Part shown: positions 52,714 through 62,531 of the stretch, piece by piece
Layout of the letters: each line of letters opens with the position of its first letter
Position numbering within the stretch: position 1 is the first letter of the stretch
DNA from: Vulcanisaeta sp. AZ3
Lineage (GTDB): Archaea; Thermoproteota; Thermoprotei; Thermoproteales; Thermocladiaceae
DNA length: 64,000 bases
NCBI GenBank assembly: GCA_000960865.2
Contig: JZWU02000005.1
Coordinates: 1-64,000 of the forward strand
Direction of reading: 5' to 3'
The notes under the pieces: generated by a model
Database searches by the model: none
Told to the model about the DNA's origin: nothing
Seen by the model: only the letters and a program-made list of their open reading frames with translations
Program-made: the position numbers and the translations under genes

Positions 52714-53118
52714 TCATCGAAAATCAGCCTCTAACCGACCAGAACTAACCCTTAGATAAATGACCCTAATATTTGCATTCTTCAATCTCCTTAACAACTT
52801 CATGTCTGAGGATATGGCAATACAGCCGTACTTCCTCGCAACCTCGATTACTGAATCATCAGGAGAACCTTCAACATTAACTATTGAGAAATTATTAAGC
52901 GCATAATTAAGGGCATGCTCAGCGGCCCTTGTGATTCCAGGTCTTCCAATAGTGCTCAATTTCTTTAATTCATTGATTATTGGGTATGGGATCATAGGTA
53001 TTATTGGTGACTCTACGATATTAATTACCTGATCAATAACTCTTAATCCTTCCTTAAATATTAATAGCAATGCGCTACTATCAAATACTACGCACTCAAT
53101 TTTCAAACCCATCTTCAC
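52714..53118 (-). CDS. PIN-domain protein
   Basis: VFDSS, INEL, PDD and SSD acidic residues; follows aIF2-gamma. Confidence 0.85.
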   Translation of the reverse strand: MKMGLKIECVVFDSSALLLIFKEGLRVIDQVINIVESPIIPMIPYPIINELKKLSTIGRPGITRAAEHALNYALNNFSIVNVEGSPDDSVIEVARKYGCIAISSDMKLLRRLKNANIRVIYLRVSSGRLEADFR

Positions 53119-54359
53119 TCAAGTACTACAGTACCATCCTTAAGAACACCATAGCCCACTATCCTCCACCTATTATTTATTTGCTTAGTAATGACAACCT
53201 TAGAACCCTCCTCGGCAGAAACCGCCTTTCTAAGCGTAACATCTAATTTATCACTATGAAATCCCTTCACAAAACCCATCACTGCCGCTGAACCCACATG
53301 GATCATGATAATATCCATAGGTTTAAATGAAACCTCCCTTAATGCGGTATCGCTTGGTTTCTCGATCCTATGGAATTCAAGAGATAGTTCCGTCCATACA
53401 GGCGGTAATGTTCCGGGCTTACCCACAACACTACCAATCAGTGAGTCTGCCTTTGCTAAGGCCGGATCAAGTTCTGTACCAATACCCACCAAACCACCTG
53501 GCCTTGCTTCCTCGACCTTCTCATCACCAATAGCTATACTCACTATTTTTGTAACTATTGGTTCATACTTATTACCCAACTTAAGCCCTGGCCTAATCTC
53601 TATGTCATCACCAACCTTTGCAAAACCCCTAACTACACTACCGCCAAGAACACCACCGACCAATTTATCTGGTGGTGTTCCTGGCTTGTTCACATTAAAG
53701 CTCCTAAGGACTAGCATTCCGAAATCACCGCTGGAGATTTCTCTGGGTGGCACTAACTGATCTATTAATGATGATATTACCTCAATATTTACCTTATGCA
53801 GTGATGATACAGGTATTATTGGCGAATCCTCAGCCCAAGTTCCCTTTAAGAAGTGCTTAATCTGCTTAAAATTCTCAAGGGCCTGCTCCTTGGTTACTAA
53901 GTCAAGTTTATTTTGAACCACAATTAACTTATTAAGGCCCATTATGGACAATGCCGTGAAATGCTCCTCCGTCTGTGGCTGCGGTACAGACATTGATGCG
54001 TCTATTACAAGCAATGCAGCATCCACGTATGAGATCCCCGATATCATGGTACTTATTAAAACCTCGTGACCAGGTACATCCAGTATAGAAATCCTCCTCC
54101 TCATAGCCGGTTCATCACCATTGGGACACTTACCGTCCTTAAGAAGGCCATCACTAACAACTCTAAACTCACCCTCCATTGATGGGCATTCATAAAGACC
54201 TATGGTTATGTAGCCCAACTTAACAGTCATAGCCCTCTTAATCTCCTCACTGTACCTAGCAACCCAAACACCGCTTAGTGCATGCACTAATGTGGTCTTT
54301 CCATGATCCACATGACCAGCCGTAGTAATAATGGCATCGGGGTAAACGTACTTATCCAT
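53115..54359 (-). CDS. eif2g: Translation initiation factor 2 gamma subunit
   Basis: GHVDHGKTT, DVPGHE, PQPQTEEH, QNKLD and RSFNVNKPG motifs. Confidence 0.95.
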   Translation of the reverse strand: MDKYVYPDAIITTAGHVDHGKTTLVHALSGVWVARYSEEIKRAMTVKLGYITIGLYECPSMEGEFRVVSDGLLKDGKCPNGDEPAMRRRISILDVPGHEVLISTMISGISYVDAALLVIDASMSVPQPQTEEHFTALSIMGLNKLIVVQNKLDLVTKEQALENFKQIKHFLKGTWAEDSPIIPVSSLHKVNIEVISSLIDQLVPPREISSGDFGMLVLRSFNVNKPGTPPDKLVGGVLGGSVVRGFAKVGDDIEIRPGLKLGNKYEPIVTKIVSIAIGDEKVEEARPGGLVGIGTELDPALAKADSLIGSVVGKPGTLPPVWTELSLEFHRIEKPSDTALREVSFKPMDIIMIHVGSAAVMGFVKGFHSDKLDVTLRKAVSAEEGSKVVITKQINNRWRIVGYGVLKDGTVVLE

Positions 54360-54484
54360 TCAAACCGTAATTGTCCCTTAAGGGTTTATAAGATTTAGTG
54401 AGACTAAACACTGGACACAAGACCGAGCCGTATTAAACATGATTGAGTTAAGGTTTATACAGAGATGCAATAAATTAATACACG

Positions 54485-54709
54485 CAGCTGTACGCCTAAC
54501 CACGGCCCACAACCGGGTGGGTTCGGCAACGACCCACTTGAGGAAACTCCCCCAAACTCCGTGGGTCCCTGCGGGGTAACCCGCCGACCGAGAGGTCGTC
54601 AGGGACTGCGGCCCAAATAAGGATCTGTGATCTCCACGGGTGAGATCCGGGTGGGGCCTTAGAGGAATAGTACAGAAGGGGGGTTATGCCGTGGTTAGGC
54701 GTACAGCTG
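54485..54709 (+). ncRNA. rnpB: RNase P RNA, short type-T form
   Basis: 22-bp P1 CAGCTGTACGCCTAACCACGGC with its complement; GAGGAAACTCCCCC (CR-I) and ACAGAAGGGGGGTTA (CR-V); only 225 nt. Confidence 0.92.
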
Positions 54710-54823
54710 TCCAGTCAATTCTTACATGTATCATGAACAGTGTTTTGCATGAAAGATAAAAGGGAAAAGGAAGAAAGAAGATGGTATTTTAAAATAAGGG
54801 AAGAGCCATTATTGTGTTTATCA

Positions 54824-54892
54824 TCACTTCTTCTTACCCTTCTCTTCAGTCTTCTCCTCTGTCTTCTTCTCCGTGGTCTTCTTCTTAGGCAT
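54824..54892 (-). CDS. Putative 22-aa Lys/Glu-rich peptide MPKKKTTEKKTEEKTEEKGKKK
   Basis: ATG 32 nt after CTTATAGA; AAG/GAG codon bias; ends TGA TGA TAA. Confidence 0.5.
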   Translation of the reverse strand: MPKKKTTEKKTEEKTEEKGKKK

Positions 54893-55158
54893 ATCGCCAT
54901 GCTTATCGCATACCTCTCTATAAGTATTGCTAATTACTATTTATTATTTAAATCAGATAAGACAAGTACTTTATTCACGTAGATTCATCATGTGCTTAAT
55001 AAAGTAAAATCTAAATCTTATCATGAAATTTTACGTGAATTTTAATGAGCCTAATTACATTAATCCGTGCTTTATATGGCTAAATCTGCGAGAATTCTCA
55101 CTCTTTTTAACCAATTAGTTAATAAGTTTAATACGATTAATTTATTTAATTTCAATAT

Positions 55159-55682
55159 ATGATTAGCAATTTTTTAAGGAGAAGATGGTATTGGGTTTTG
55201 AGTATTTTAGCCTCAATTCTATTATTCATAATAAGCCCAATATTATTTGCGATAGTGATAGTTATTATATTGCTTGTTTACTTCATCATTCACAAGCATA
55301 AGAATAAGGGTAATAATGGTGCTGCTGAGGTCAAAGTTAAAATTGTTAGAAATTATAATACCTTTAATGCTAATAACTTAAGGTCCAGTAAGGTTGTTTT
55401 AATGTTGGTCTCGGCGATGCTATTGTTAGTATTGGGGATAGATGGGTCTCTGCACTATCATTATCTGCCCTGGATTCCTCCTTACTGCATGAAATCTCTG
55501 AGCTTGCAGCTATTGTGATAGATGGGGCTAATCATTACTTGGTGGTTTATGATAATGATGTAAATGAGGTATTCATAAAGGTTAATACTATCATTGAAAT
55601 GCTTAGGTCTAGGAATATTGTGTTTAGGCAACTATCATCGTCAGAAATACTTAATGAGGTGATATTTAGATGGGCAAGCTGA
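55159..55682 (+). pseudogene. Membrane-anchored hypothetical protein interrupted by a -1 frameshift at about 55397
   Basis: Two N-terminal hydrophobic helices; the -1 frame is open 55392-55682 and reads as plausible protein. Confidence 0.55.
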
Positions 55683-55985
55683 GCGAGAAGACCGAGGAAT
55701 TACGAGGAAGATTATTAATGGGGGTAAGGTTATTTACAGTTCCTTAAATAATGCAGTATTTAGTTATGCTAAGCTTTACCCGAAATTAAATAATAGCAAG
55801 AATTAGTAATGCCTTAAATGTTATAGTGTAGCTAAACATTATCAATAAGAATAGGATTAGGTATATCTAGGCCCTTTATTATCAATTATACATCTATTTG
55901 TATCTTTTCCTAATCACTTAGTATAGTTATTAATGTACATAGCATATCCAATATTGAGGAGGACCTGCTCGGAACGCTTTAAGGA

Positions 55986-57350
55986 TTAGACCCTTAGAAT
56001 TCTTATGCTATAGTCATTGTATGTATCAATTACTCCATGAGTTATGAGAACAAGATCCCCCTTAACAATCAAACCCTCCTTAATCAATGTATTCAATGTC
56101 TCCCTCTCTCCCTCATCATAATCCCTAACGTTTGTCACAAGTACAGGTTCAACACCCCAATAAAGCTTCAACCTCCTTAATAACTTCTCATCGCTAATCC
56201 CTACATACGTGGGCACCCTAGGCCTATACCTAGATATGGCCTCCACAAACCTACCACCTCTTGAGTAAATAACCACCTTAGCCCCAATATCCTCAGCAAG
56301 CTGGACAATACCTAATGCTAATCTATCCGTTATATTATTCAATACGTCTCTCTCAACCCTAACATCATTTTCATACTCACTCGCAACTCTCTTCAACCAT
56401 TGCACAGCCTCTATTGGGTACTTACCAACCGCAGTCTCTCCCGTGAGGAGTAATGAATCTACACCCTCCATTACTGCATTTGTTATATCCACAACCTCAG
56501 CCCTAGTAGGTACAGGCTGCTCGATCATAGACTCGAGAAGTTGTGTCGCTACCATAACCGGTCTACCGCATCTATGAGCCTCCCTAATTATTGAACTCTG
56601 TATCCTAGGTATTTCCTCTAAGTCAAAGTGCATACCCAAGTCACCCCTAGCCACCATTACATAATCACTGGCACAAATTATATCCTTCATGTTCCTAACA
56701 GCATCTGGACCTTCAATCTTAGCTACAACCTTTACCCAATCACCACCAAGCCTTCTCAACTCAGTTCTAACCTCTTCAACATCCTCAGAACTCCTCACAT
56801 GGCTTATACCCACATAATCCATGCCAGCCTCAACGGCAAACTTCAAGGCCTCTCTATCATGATCATCAAGTATTGGCATTGAGTAATCCTTACCCTTAAT
56901 CACAACTGCCTTCTCCTGAGATATCGTACCAGTGGTTAGTGCTGTTAGAACTGCTCTATCCCCAAGTACCTTATCAACACGTAACCTTAGCCTTCCATCA
57001 TTCATTACCACAATATCGTTTATTGTTATCACCCTGAAGAATGATGGAATTGGTATAGGTACATAATCACCACTAGATTGGTTGGTCAACCTAAATTCCA
57101 CAGAGTCGCCAGGATTTACTGATATAGATTTCATGGCTCCAGTCCTAACACCAGGTCCTCTTATGTCACCGAGCACCGCTATATCATTTCTAAACTCTCT
57201 AGCTTTTGAAATTCTACTCATCCACTCCTCAGTATTACCGTGGGAGAAATTTATCCTAATCCCATCGACGTACTTAACAAGTTCTCTAAGAACTTCAGGT
57301 CCTTCGGATGAAGGCCCTATTGTCGCTATTATCTTAATCTTACCCATCAT
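55986..57350 (-). CDS. pyk: Pyruvate kinase
   Basis: IATIGPS, RINFSHG, AKIE, MVARGDLG and PTRAEV motifs. Confidence 0.95.
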   Translation of the reverse strand: MMGKIKIIATIGPSSEGPEVLRELVKYVDGIRINFSHGNTEEWMSRISKAREFRNDIAVLGDIRGPGVRTGAMKSISVNPGDSVEFRLTNQSSGDYVPIPIPSFFRVITINDIVVMNDGRLRLRVDKVLGDRAVLTALTTGTISQEKAVVIKGKDYSMPILDDHDREALKFAVEAGMDYVGISHVRSSEDVEEVRTELRRLGGDWVKVVAKIEGPDAVRNMKDIICASDYVMVARGDLGMHFDLEEIPRIQSSIIREAHRCGRPVMVATQLLESMIEQPVPTRAEVVDITNAVMEGVDSLLLTGETAVGKYPIEAVQWLKRVASEYENDVRVERDVLNNITDRLALGIVQLAEDIGAKVVIYSRGGRFVEAISRYRPRVPTYVGISDEKLLRRLKLYWGVEPVLVTNVRDYDEGERETLNTLIKEGLIVKGDLVLITHGVIDTYNDYSIRILRV

Positions 57351-57458
57351 TGTTATTCCATGGAGAGAGATATTAAACCTTTAAGGAATATGGGTTCACA
57401 AGGTGATAATATTTTTACCCAGCTCTAACAATAATTGTATTAGTACTGGTGATGATAC

Positions 57459-58321
57459 TTGCCGAGGCTTGATGTCGCGCCACGCATGGAATTGATGAAT
57501 GGAGATTTTGTACTTCGTTGGGGTGATACTGTCATTAGGATACCGAGGCTTAAACATGGTGCCTTATTTCTGATGAGCGGTTATATAGGTTCTCAGATTC
57601 ACGGCTGCGAATATAGGCTACACCTTGATTACATGAAGGGTAGGATCATTAATAAGAATATAATTCATGGTCTTGAAGAACATGCAAAGCAGCTAGGTGT
57701 TAATGAGGAAGGCATCGGGCTTGAACTCGGTTGGAATTCAATCCTCGTGAATAGAGGTGAGGAAGGTATTTACTTTTTAATGAGAAAATGAAGAGCTGGA
57801 TCGGCTATGCAGACTTTAGCAAGCCCTATGTTCAAGAAGCAGCCTTAATCATGATTAGGAGAGATGTACCAATACTTGGCCTCCCAGACTTAATAATAAA
57901 TGTTAATGAAAAACCAACATACATAATCGAACTAAAAACGACCAACAACCTTAGGAATACAATGGTTATTAGCGACCGAGATTTGCTTCAGACGGAGTCT
58001 TATTTCCATATGCTTAATTACTTAGGATTTAACCCAATGAGGGCAGCCGTAATTAAGATGGTGAGAGGTACCAACTTCCGTGTGATTAAAAATATAGACT
58101 TAATAATCAAATACATGGAGAGTAATAATAACCTTACTACCATAACTAAGGGCGTGATTCTCCATAAAGTAAGGATAAGGGACCTTAACGAATTTCTCAG
58201 GGATGTAGATTATGCACTTGATTATTGGTTAGGAAATAGAAACCCAAGGCCGAATCCAAGCCGTGGATTATGCTCATTCTGCGAACATAGGATATCCTGC
58301 CCATATAGCATGGTTAGGTAG
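57459..58321 (+). CDS. Stand-alone Cas4-like PD-(D/E)XK nuclease split into two ORFs (57459-57791 and 57788-58321)
   Basis: First Cys (CEYRL) and G..EH are in ORF1; GLPD, IELKT, QxxSY and CSFCEHRISC are in ORF2. Confidence 0.7.
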
Positions 58322-58835
58322 TTCTGATTAATAATAAAGGGATTACAGTCACGTGAATAATACAACACCTCGGCAATTGCTGCCCGAGCCTATGTGGCCT
58401 TAAATTACTTATTGAAGCAAGAGCTCTATTCAAATAGAAAACGACAATGAATTCCTCCCCTTAGATCCACACTAATTAGAATTATTGACAACACGAACTT
58501 CGCCATTAACTTGAGCATCAACATGTGCTAATTTATCTCTAATAAAGTACATCGTATACCATAAGGATAGAGACTATTACTACCTACTATACGTAAATGC
58601 CTCATTACCTCAGCAGTTACCATAGTCCTATCCCTAAACTCAATCATTTAATAATGTAGTAATTAATACTGTGAAGATTAATACTTTAATCACAAATTAA
58701 TTAATCATAATGCACATTGTTATTTAAAATGCATAATTCCTTTATTAAATTTACAAAGTCTTAATTTATATTTATAATTAACAATAATTATTGATAATTC
58801 GTAAAATTTATAAGCAGCAATTGGTACAATTGTCG

Positions 58836-59276
58836 ATGGATATTACAGTGGATAAAATAATAAAGAGAGAATCCCCCCTTACAATTAACGAAAACGCCAA
58901 AGCAAGAGAGGCCATAGGAGTAATGGCTAGGGAAAATGTGGGTCTACTCGTTATAGTAGATAATGCAGGTAAACCAGTTGGCGTGATATCTGAGAGAGAC
59001 GTGGTAAAGGCCTTAGCTAGAGGTATAGACCTAAATGCTAAGGTTTCCGAAATTGGTACGATGGGTAAAATAATATCAGTTAGCCCCCATGATAGTATAT
59101 ACAAGGCTGCAATTTTAATGAACAACAACAATGTTAGGCATTTAGTGGTTATGGATGGTGATAAGTTACGTGGCGTTATCTCAATAAGGGATATAATAAA
59201 CGAAGAGAGAGTTGTATCCAGACTTGCAGAGGCAGCAGGGGCCAAGCCTGAAACCGAAATACCTGGTGGTGATTAA
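58836..59276 (+). CDS. CBS-domain pair protein
   Basis: VGVISERD, VRHLVV and GVISIRD motifs. Confidence 0.9.
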   Translation: MDITVDKIIKRESPLTINENAKAREAIGVMARENVGLLVIVDNAGKPVGVISERDVVKALARGIDLNAKVSEIGTMGKIISVSPHDSIYKAAILMNNNNVRHLVVMDGDKLRGVISIRDIINEERVVSRLAEAAGAKPETEIPGGD

Positions 59277-59332
59277 AGCTTAAAATTATCTCTAGTAATA
59301 ATTAAAAACGATGGTTTTTCTCAGGAGATGAA

Positions 59333-62300
59333 ATGAGGAATTTTAAGTCAAGAGTCGAGGAACTATATGGCGATTTCCTTAAGGAGATTAGGGAAATTGA
59401 ACATAAATGGCAAAACGAATGGCATAAGAACGGAATATTCAATGCAGAACCAAGGCCCGATAAGCCTAAGTACTTCATAACCGTGCCCTATCCATACGTC
59501 TCAGGAGCTCCTCACATAGGTCATGCAAGGACATTCACTATTGGCGATATCATAGCCAGGTATAAAAGAGCTAGAGGGTTCAATGTTTTATTCCCCATAG
59601 CGTGGCACATAACTGGGACACCAATACAATCCGTGGCCGATAGAATCATGAAGGGTGACCCAGATGATATTAAATTATATTCCTGGTATGTGAGCCTCTA
59701 TGTAAATGACCCAGAAGGAGTTAGGAACACATTGAACACATTCACTAACCCCTGGAACATAGCCCAATTCTTCGCCTCAGTCTACATTAGAGACTTCATG
59801 TCCATGGGATATTCCATGGATTTCAGGAGACAATTTACAACAGGCGATCCAGACTATAATGCCTTCATTATCTGGCAGTACTATAGATTGAAGGATGCGG
59901 GTTATATAACTCAAGGTAGCCATGTAGTCCTCTACTCACCAAATGAAGGACAAGCAGTTGGTGAACATGACATTAAGGGTGGAGATGAACTAAACATTGA
60001 TGTATTAGAATTCAACCTAATTAAGTTTAGGCTCGAGGGTTCAAATGAATATTTAGTGGCAGCCACATTGAGACCGGAGACTATTTACGGCATAACTAAC
60101 ATATGGGTAAGACCTGATTTAGAGTATGTAATTGCGGAAGTAGACAGCGAGAAGTGGATTATATCAAAACCAGCAATGTGGAAGCTTAGCTACCAAGGTT
60201 ATGAGATTAAAGCTGTCGGTAGTATACGTGGGGAGGAATTAATTGGTAAATACGCAATGACGCCTTTAATTAATAGGAGAATCCCTATACTACCTGCCTC
60301 ATTCATCGACGAGAGCACAGGAACCGGCATTGTTTATAGTGTACCTGCCCACGCACCTTACGACTACGTGGCGCTCATGGACCTAAAGAAGAATGAAGCT
60401 CTGCTTGTTAAGTATGGTATTAAGGATGTCGTGAATACCATAGAACCAATATCAATAATTAAATTACCCAATTACGGTAAGTACCCAGCCAAAGATGTTG
60501 TGGAGAGGCTTGGTGTTAAGGATCAAAGTAATAGGGAGGCGCTCGATGAGGCGACTAGGGTAATTTACAGAGAGGAATTCTATAATGGCGTTATGAGAGA
60601 GAACACGTTATTCCCGGGAGTTAGTGTTGATGATGCCAGAAAGAAAACAATTGAGGCGCTTAAAGATCAGGGCGCTTGGGGTAGAATGTATGAACTAGAG
60701 CCTAGAGATGTATTCACAAGGAGCGGTAATCCAGTCATAGCAGCGGTAATTAAGGATCAGTGGTTTCTCAACTATGGAAATCCCGAGTGGAAAGAGAAAG
60801 CATTCAAATGTCTAAATTCAATGAAGATAGTGCCGGAGAAGTATAGAAAGAATTTCGAGGATGTATTTAATTGGTTATCCATGAGGCCCTGCGCTAGGAA
60901 GAGAGGTTTAGGTACTAGGCTTCCCTGGGATCCCGACTGGATAATTGAATCGTTAAGCGACTCAACGATATACATGGCCTACTACACAATAGCCCATAAG
61001 ATAAAGGGAAGTGATTTGCATAAGAAACTTGGTGATCTTGCAAGACGTGTAATAAATAGTAGGGGATCTGATGAGGGTGCTCTAAGTGCCATAATGGCTT
61101 TCTTTAATTACGTATTCCTAGGCGAGGGAGATCCGGGTAAGGTGGCTAATGTGTTTGGTGTTGATAGGAGATTTATTGAGGAGTTAAGGAATGAATTTAA
61201 TTACTGGTATCCTGTAGATGAGAGACATAGTGGCCCTGACCTAATAGGTAGCCACCTGAGTTTCTTCGTATTCCACCATGCAGCCATTTTCCCAGAGAGG
61301 TATTGGCCTAGAGCGATAACATTGAATGAATACGTAATTAGGGAGGGTATGAAGATGAGCAGATCCTTGGGTAACGTACTACCCATGCCCTACGTACCGA
61401 CACACTATAGTGCCGACTTAACTAGACTATACATAGCATCCGCAGCTGACTTAGACACAACTCTTGACTGGAGGGAAGATGATGTTGTGAGCACGACCAG
61501 TAGACTTGTAAAGTTCTGGAACATTGTTAATGACATAATTAGGGTTGAGAAAACGCAGACAAGCCCAGATATTAACTTCCTCTCCCTGGCGACTCGCTGG
61601 ATAGTGTCCAGAGTGAATAGGGCAATACGTGATGCAACCGTGGATATAGAGAACGAGAACATAAGGGGTTACGCCCTAAAGGCCTTCTTCGACTTACTTG
61701 CATCTGTGGAGAAGTATCTAGAACTCACAAATGCAGTTGGTGTGAATAAGGATGAGGTTAGGTGGGCTCTGTGGTATGTGCTTGAACGTTGGATTAAGCT
61801 GCTTCAACCGATGATCCCACACATTACTGAGGAGGCTTGGCATAGAGTAGGTAATGCATCATTCGTGTCCCTAGAGCCTTGGCCTGAGTATGATGAGGGG
61901 CTAATAAATGATGAGCTAGATATAGCCCTGGATATAATAGAAAGGACAATAGACGATATACAGGAAATATTAAAGGTCACGAAGATAACGCCAAAGACCA
62001 TACATATATATGTCGGTCCACCCAATGATTACTACGAAATAATCAATGAGGCAGCTAAGATGGTAAGTGAGGGTAAGACTATGGGTGAAATTATAAGGGC
62101 TATAATAGCTAAGCCTGAGTATAGACGCATAGCCGATAAGGTTGCTAACCTCATCTCACGGTACATAGATGGAACAATACCCAGGAAGGTTGTTCGCAGA
62201 GATATGGAGCTCATGACATTTAAGGAGCTTACAGCATACATCAAATATAGGGTAGGTGTTGACATCGTAATACAGGATGCCCTAAACCCAACTTACGACC

Positions 62301-62362
62301 CAAGCAATAGGGCTAAAAACGCCTTACCAGGCAGACCAGCCATTTATGTGGAGACCAGTTAA
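59333..62362 (+). CDS. leuS: Leucine--tRNA ligase (archaeal type)
   Basis: PYPYVSGAPHIGH, ATLRPET, GTGIVYSVPAHAP, ESLSDSTIY, KMSRS and ALPGRPAI motifs. Confidence 0.93.
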   Translation: MRNFKSRVEELYGDFLKEIREIEHKWQNEWHKNGIFNAEPRPDKPKYFITVPYPYVSGAPHIGHARTFTIGDIIARYKRARGFNVLFPIAWHITGTPIQSVADRIMKGDPDDIKLYSWYVSLYVNDPEGVRNTLNTFTNPWNIAQFFASVYIRDFMSMGYSMDFRRQFTTGDPDYNAFIIWQYYRLKDAGYITQGSHVVLYSPNEGQAVGEHDIKGGDELNIDVLEFNLIKFRLEGSNEYLVAATLRPETIYGITNIWVRPDLEYVIAEVDSEKWIISKPAMWKLSYQGYEIKAVGSIRGEELIGKYAMTPLINRRIPILPASFIDESTGTGIVYSVPAHAPYDYVALMDLKKNEALLVKYGIKDVVNTIEPISIIKLPNYGKYPAKDVVERLGVKDQSNREALDEATRVIYREEFYNGVMRENTLFPGVSVDDARKKTIEALKDQGAWGRMYELEPRDVFTRSGNPVIAAVIKDQWFLNYGNPEWKEKAFKCLNSMKIVPEKYRKNFEDVFNWLSMRPCARKRGLGTRLPWDPDWIIESLSDSTIYMAYYTIAHKIKGSDLHKKLGDLARRVINSRGSDEGALSAIMAFFNYVFLGEGDPGKVANVFGVDRRFIEELRNEFNYWYPVDERHSGPDLIGSHLSFFVFHHAAIFPERYWPRAITLNEYVIREGMKMSRSLGNVLPMPYVPTHYSADLTRLYIASAADLDTTLDWREDDVVSTTSRLVKFWNIVNDIIRVEKTQTSPDINFLSLATRWIVSRVNRAIRDATVDIENENIRGYALKAFFDLLASVEKYLELTNAVGVNKDEVRWALWYVLERWIKLLQPMIPHITEEAWHRVGNASFVSLEPWPEYDEGLINDELDIALDIIERTIDDIQEILKVTKITPKTIHIYVGPPNDYYEIINEAAKMVSEGKTMGEIIRAIIAKPEYRRIADKVANLISRYIDGTIPRKVVRRDMELMTFKELTAYIKYRVGVDIVIQDALNPTYDPSNRAKNALPGRPAIYVETS

Positions 62363-62531
62363 CAAAGTTAATAATTAACTTAACTTCCTAATTTTAGGAT
62401 ATCTCAATAACTCTCACTTTAATGGCCCTACTTACGCCTGATATTTTAGTACATTCCTGTCAATTGAATATTTAATCATCAACATGAGTTACAGAAATAA
62501 CAAAGTATAAGTATTTTATAAATCTTGTATT

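Noticed and set aside
54715-54900. Arg-rich 61-aa ORF as L41e or a protamine-like protein
   Set aside because: It lacks the L41e KW..KR motif and its ATG is only 24 nt from the TATA box; it is better explained as a shifted frame of the Lys/Glu peptide.
58330-58790. Possible remnant of an archaeal ATPase gene on the minus strand (MIEFRDR...)
   Set aside because: No Walker A motif and multiple stops; too weak to call.
57459-58790. CRISPR array near the Cas4-like gene
   Set aside because: No regularly spaced direct repeats are visible anywhere in the window.
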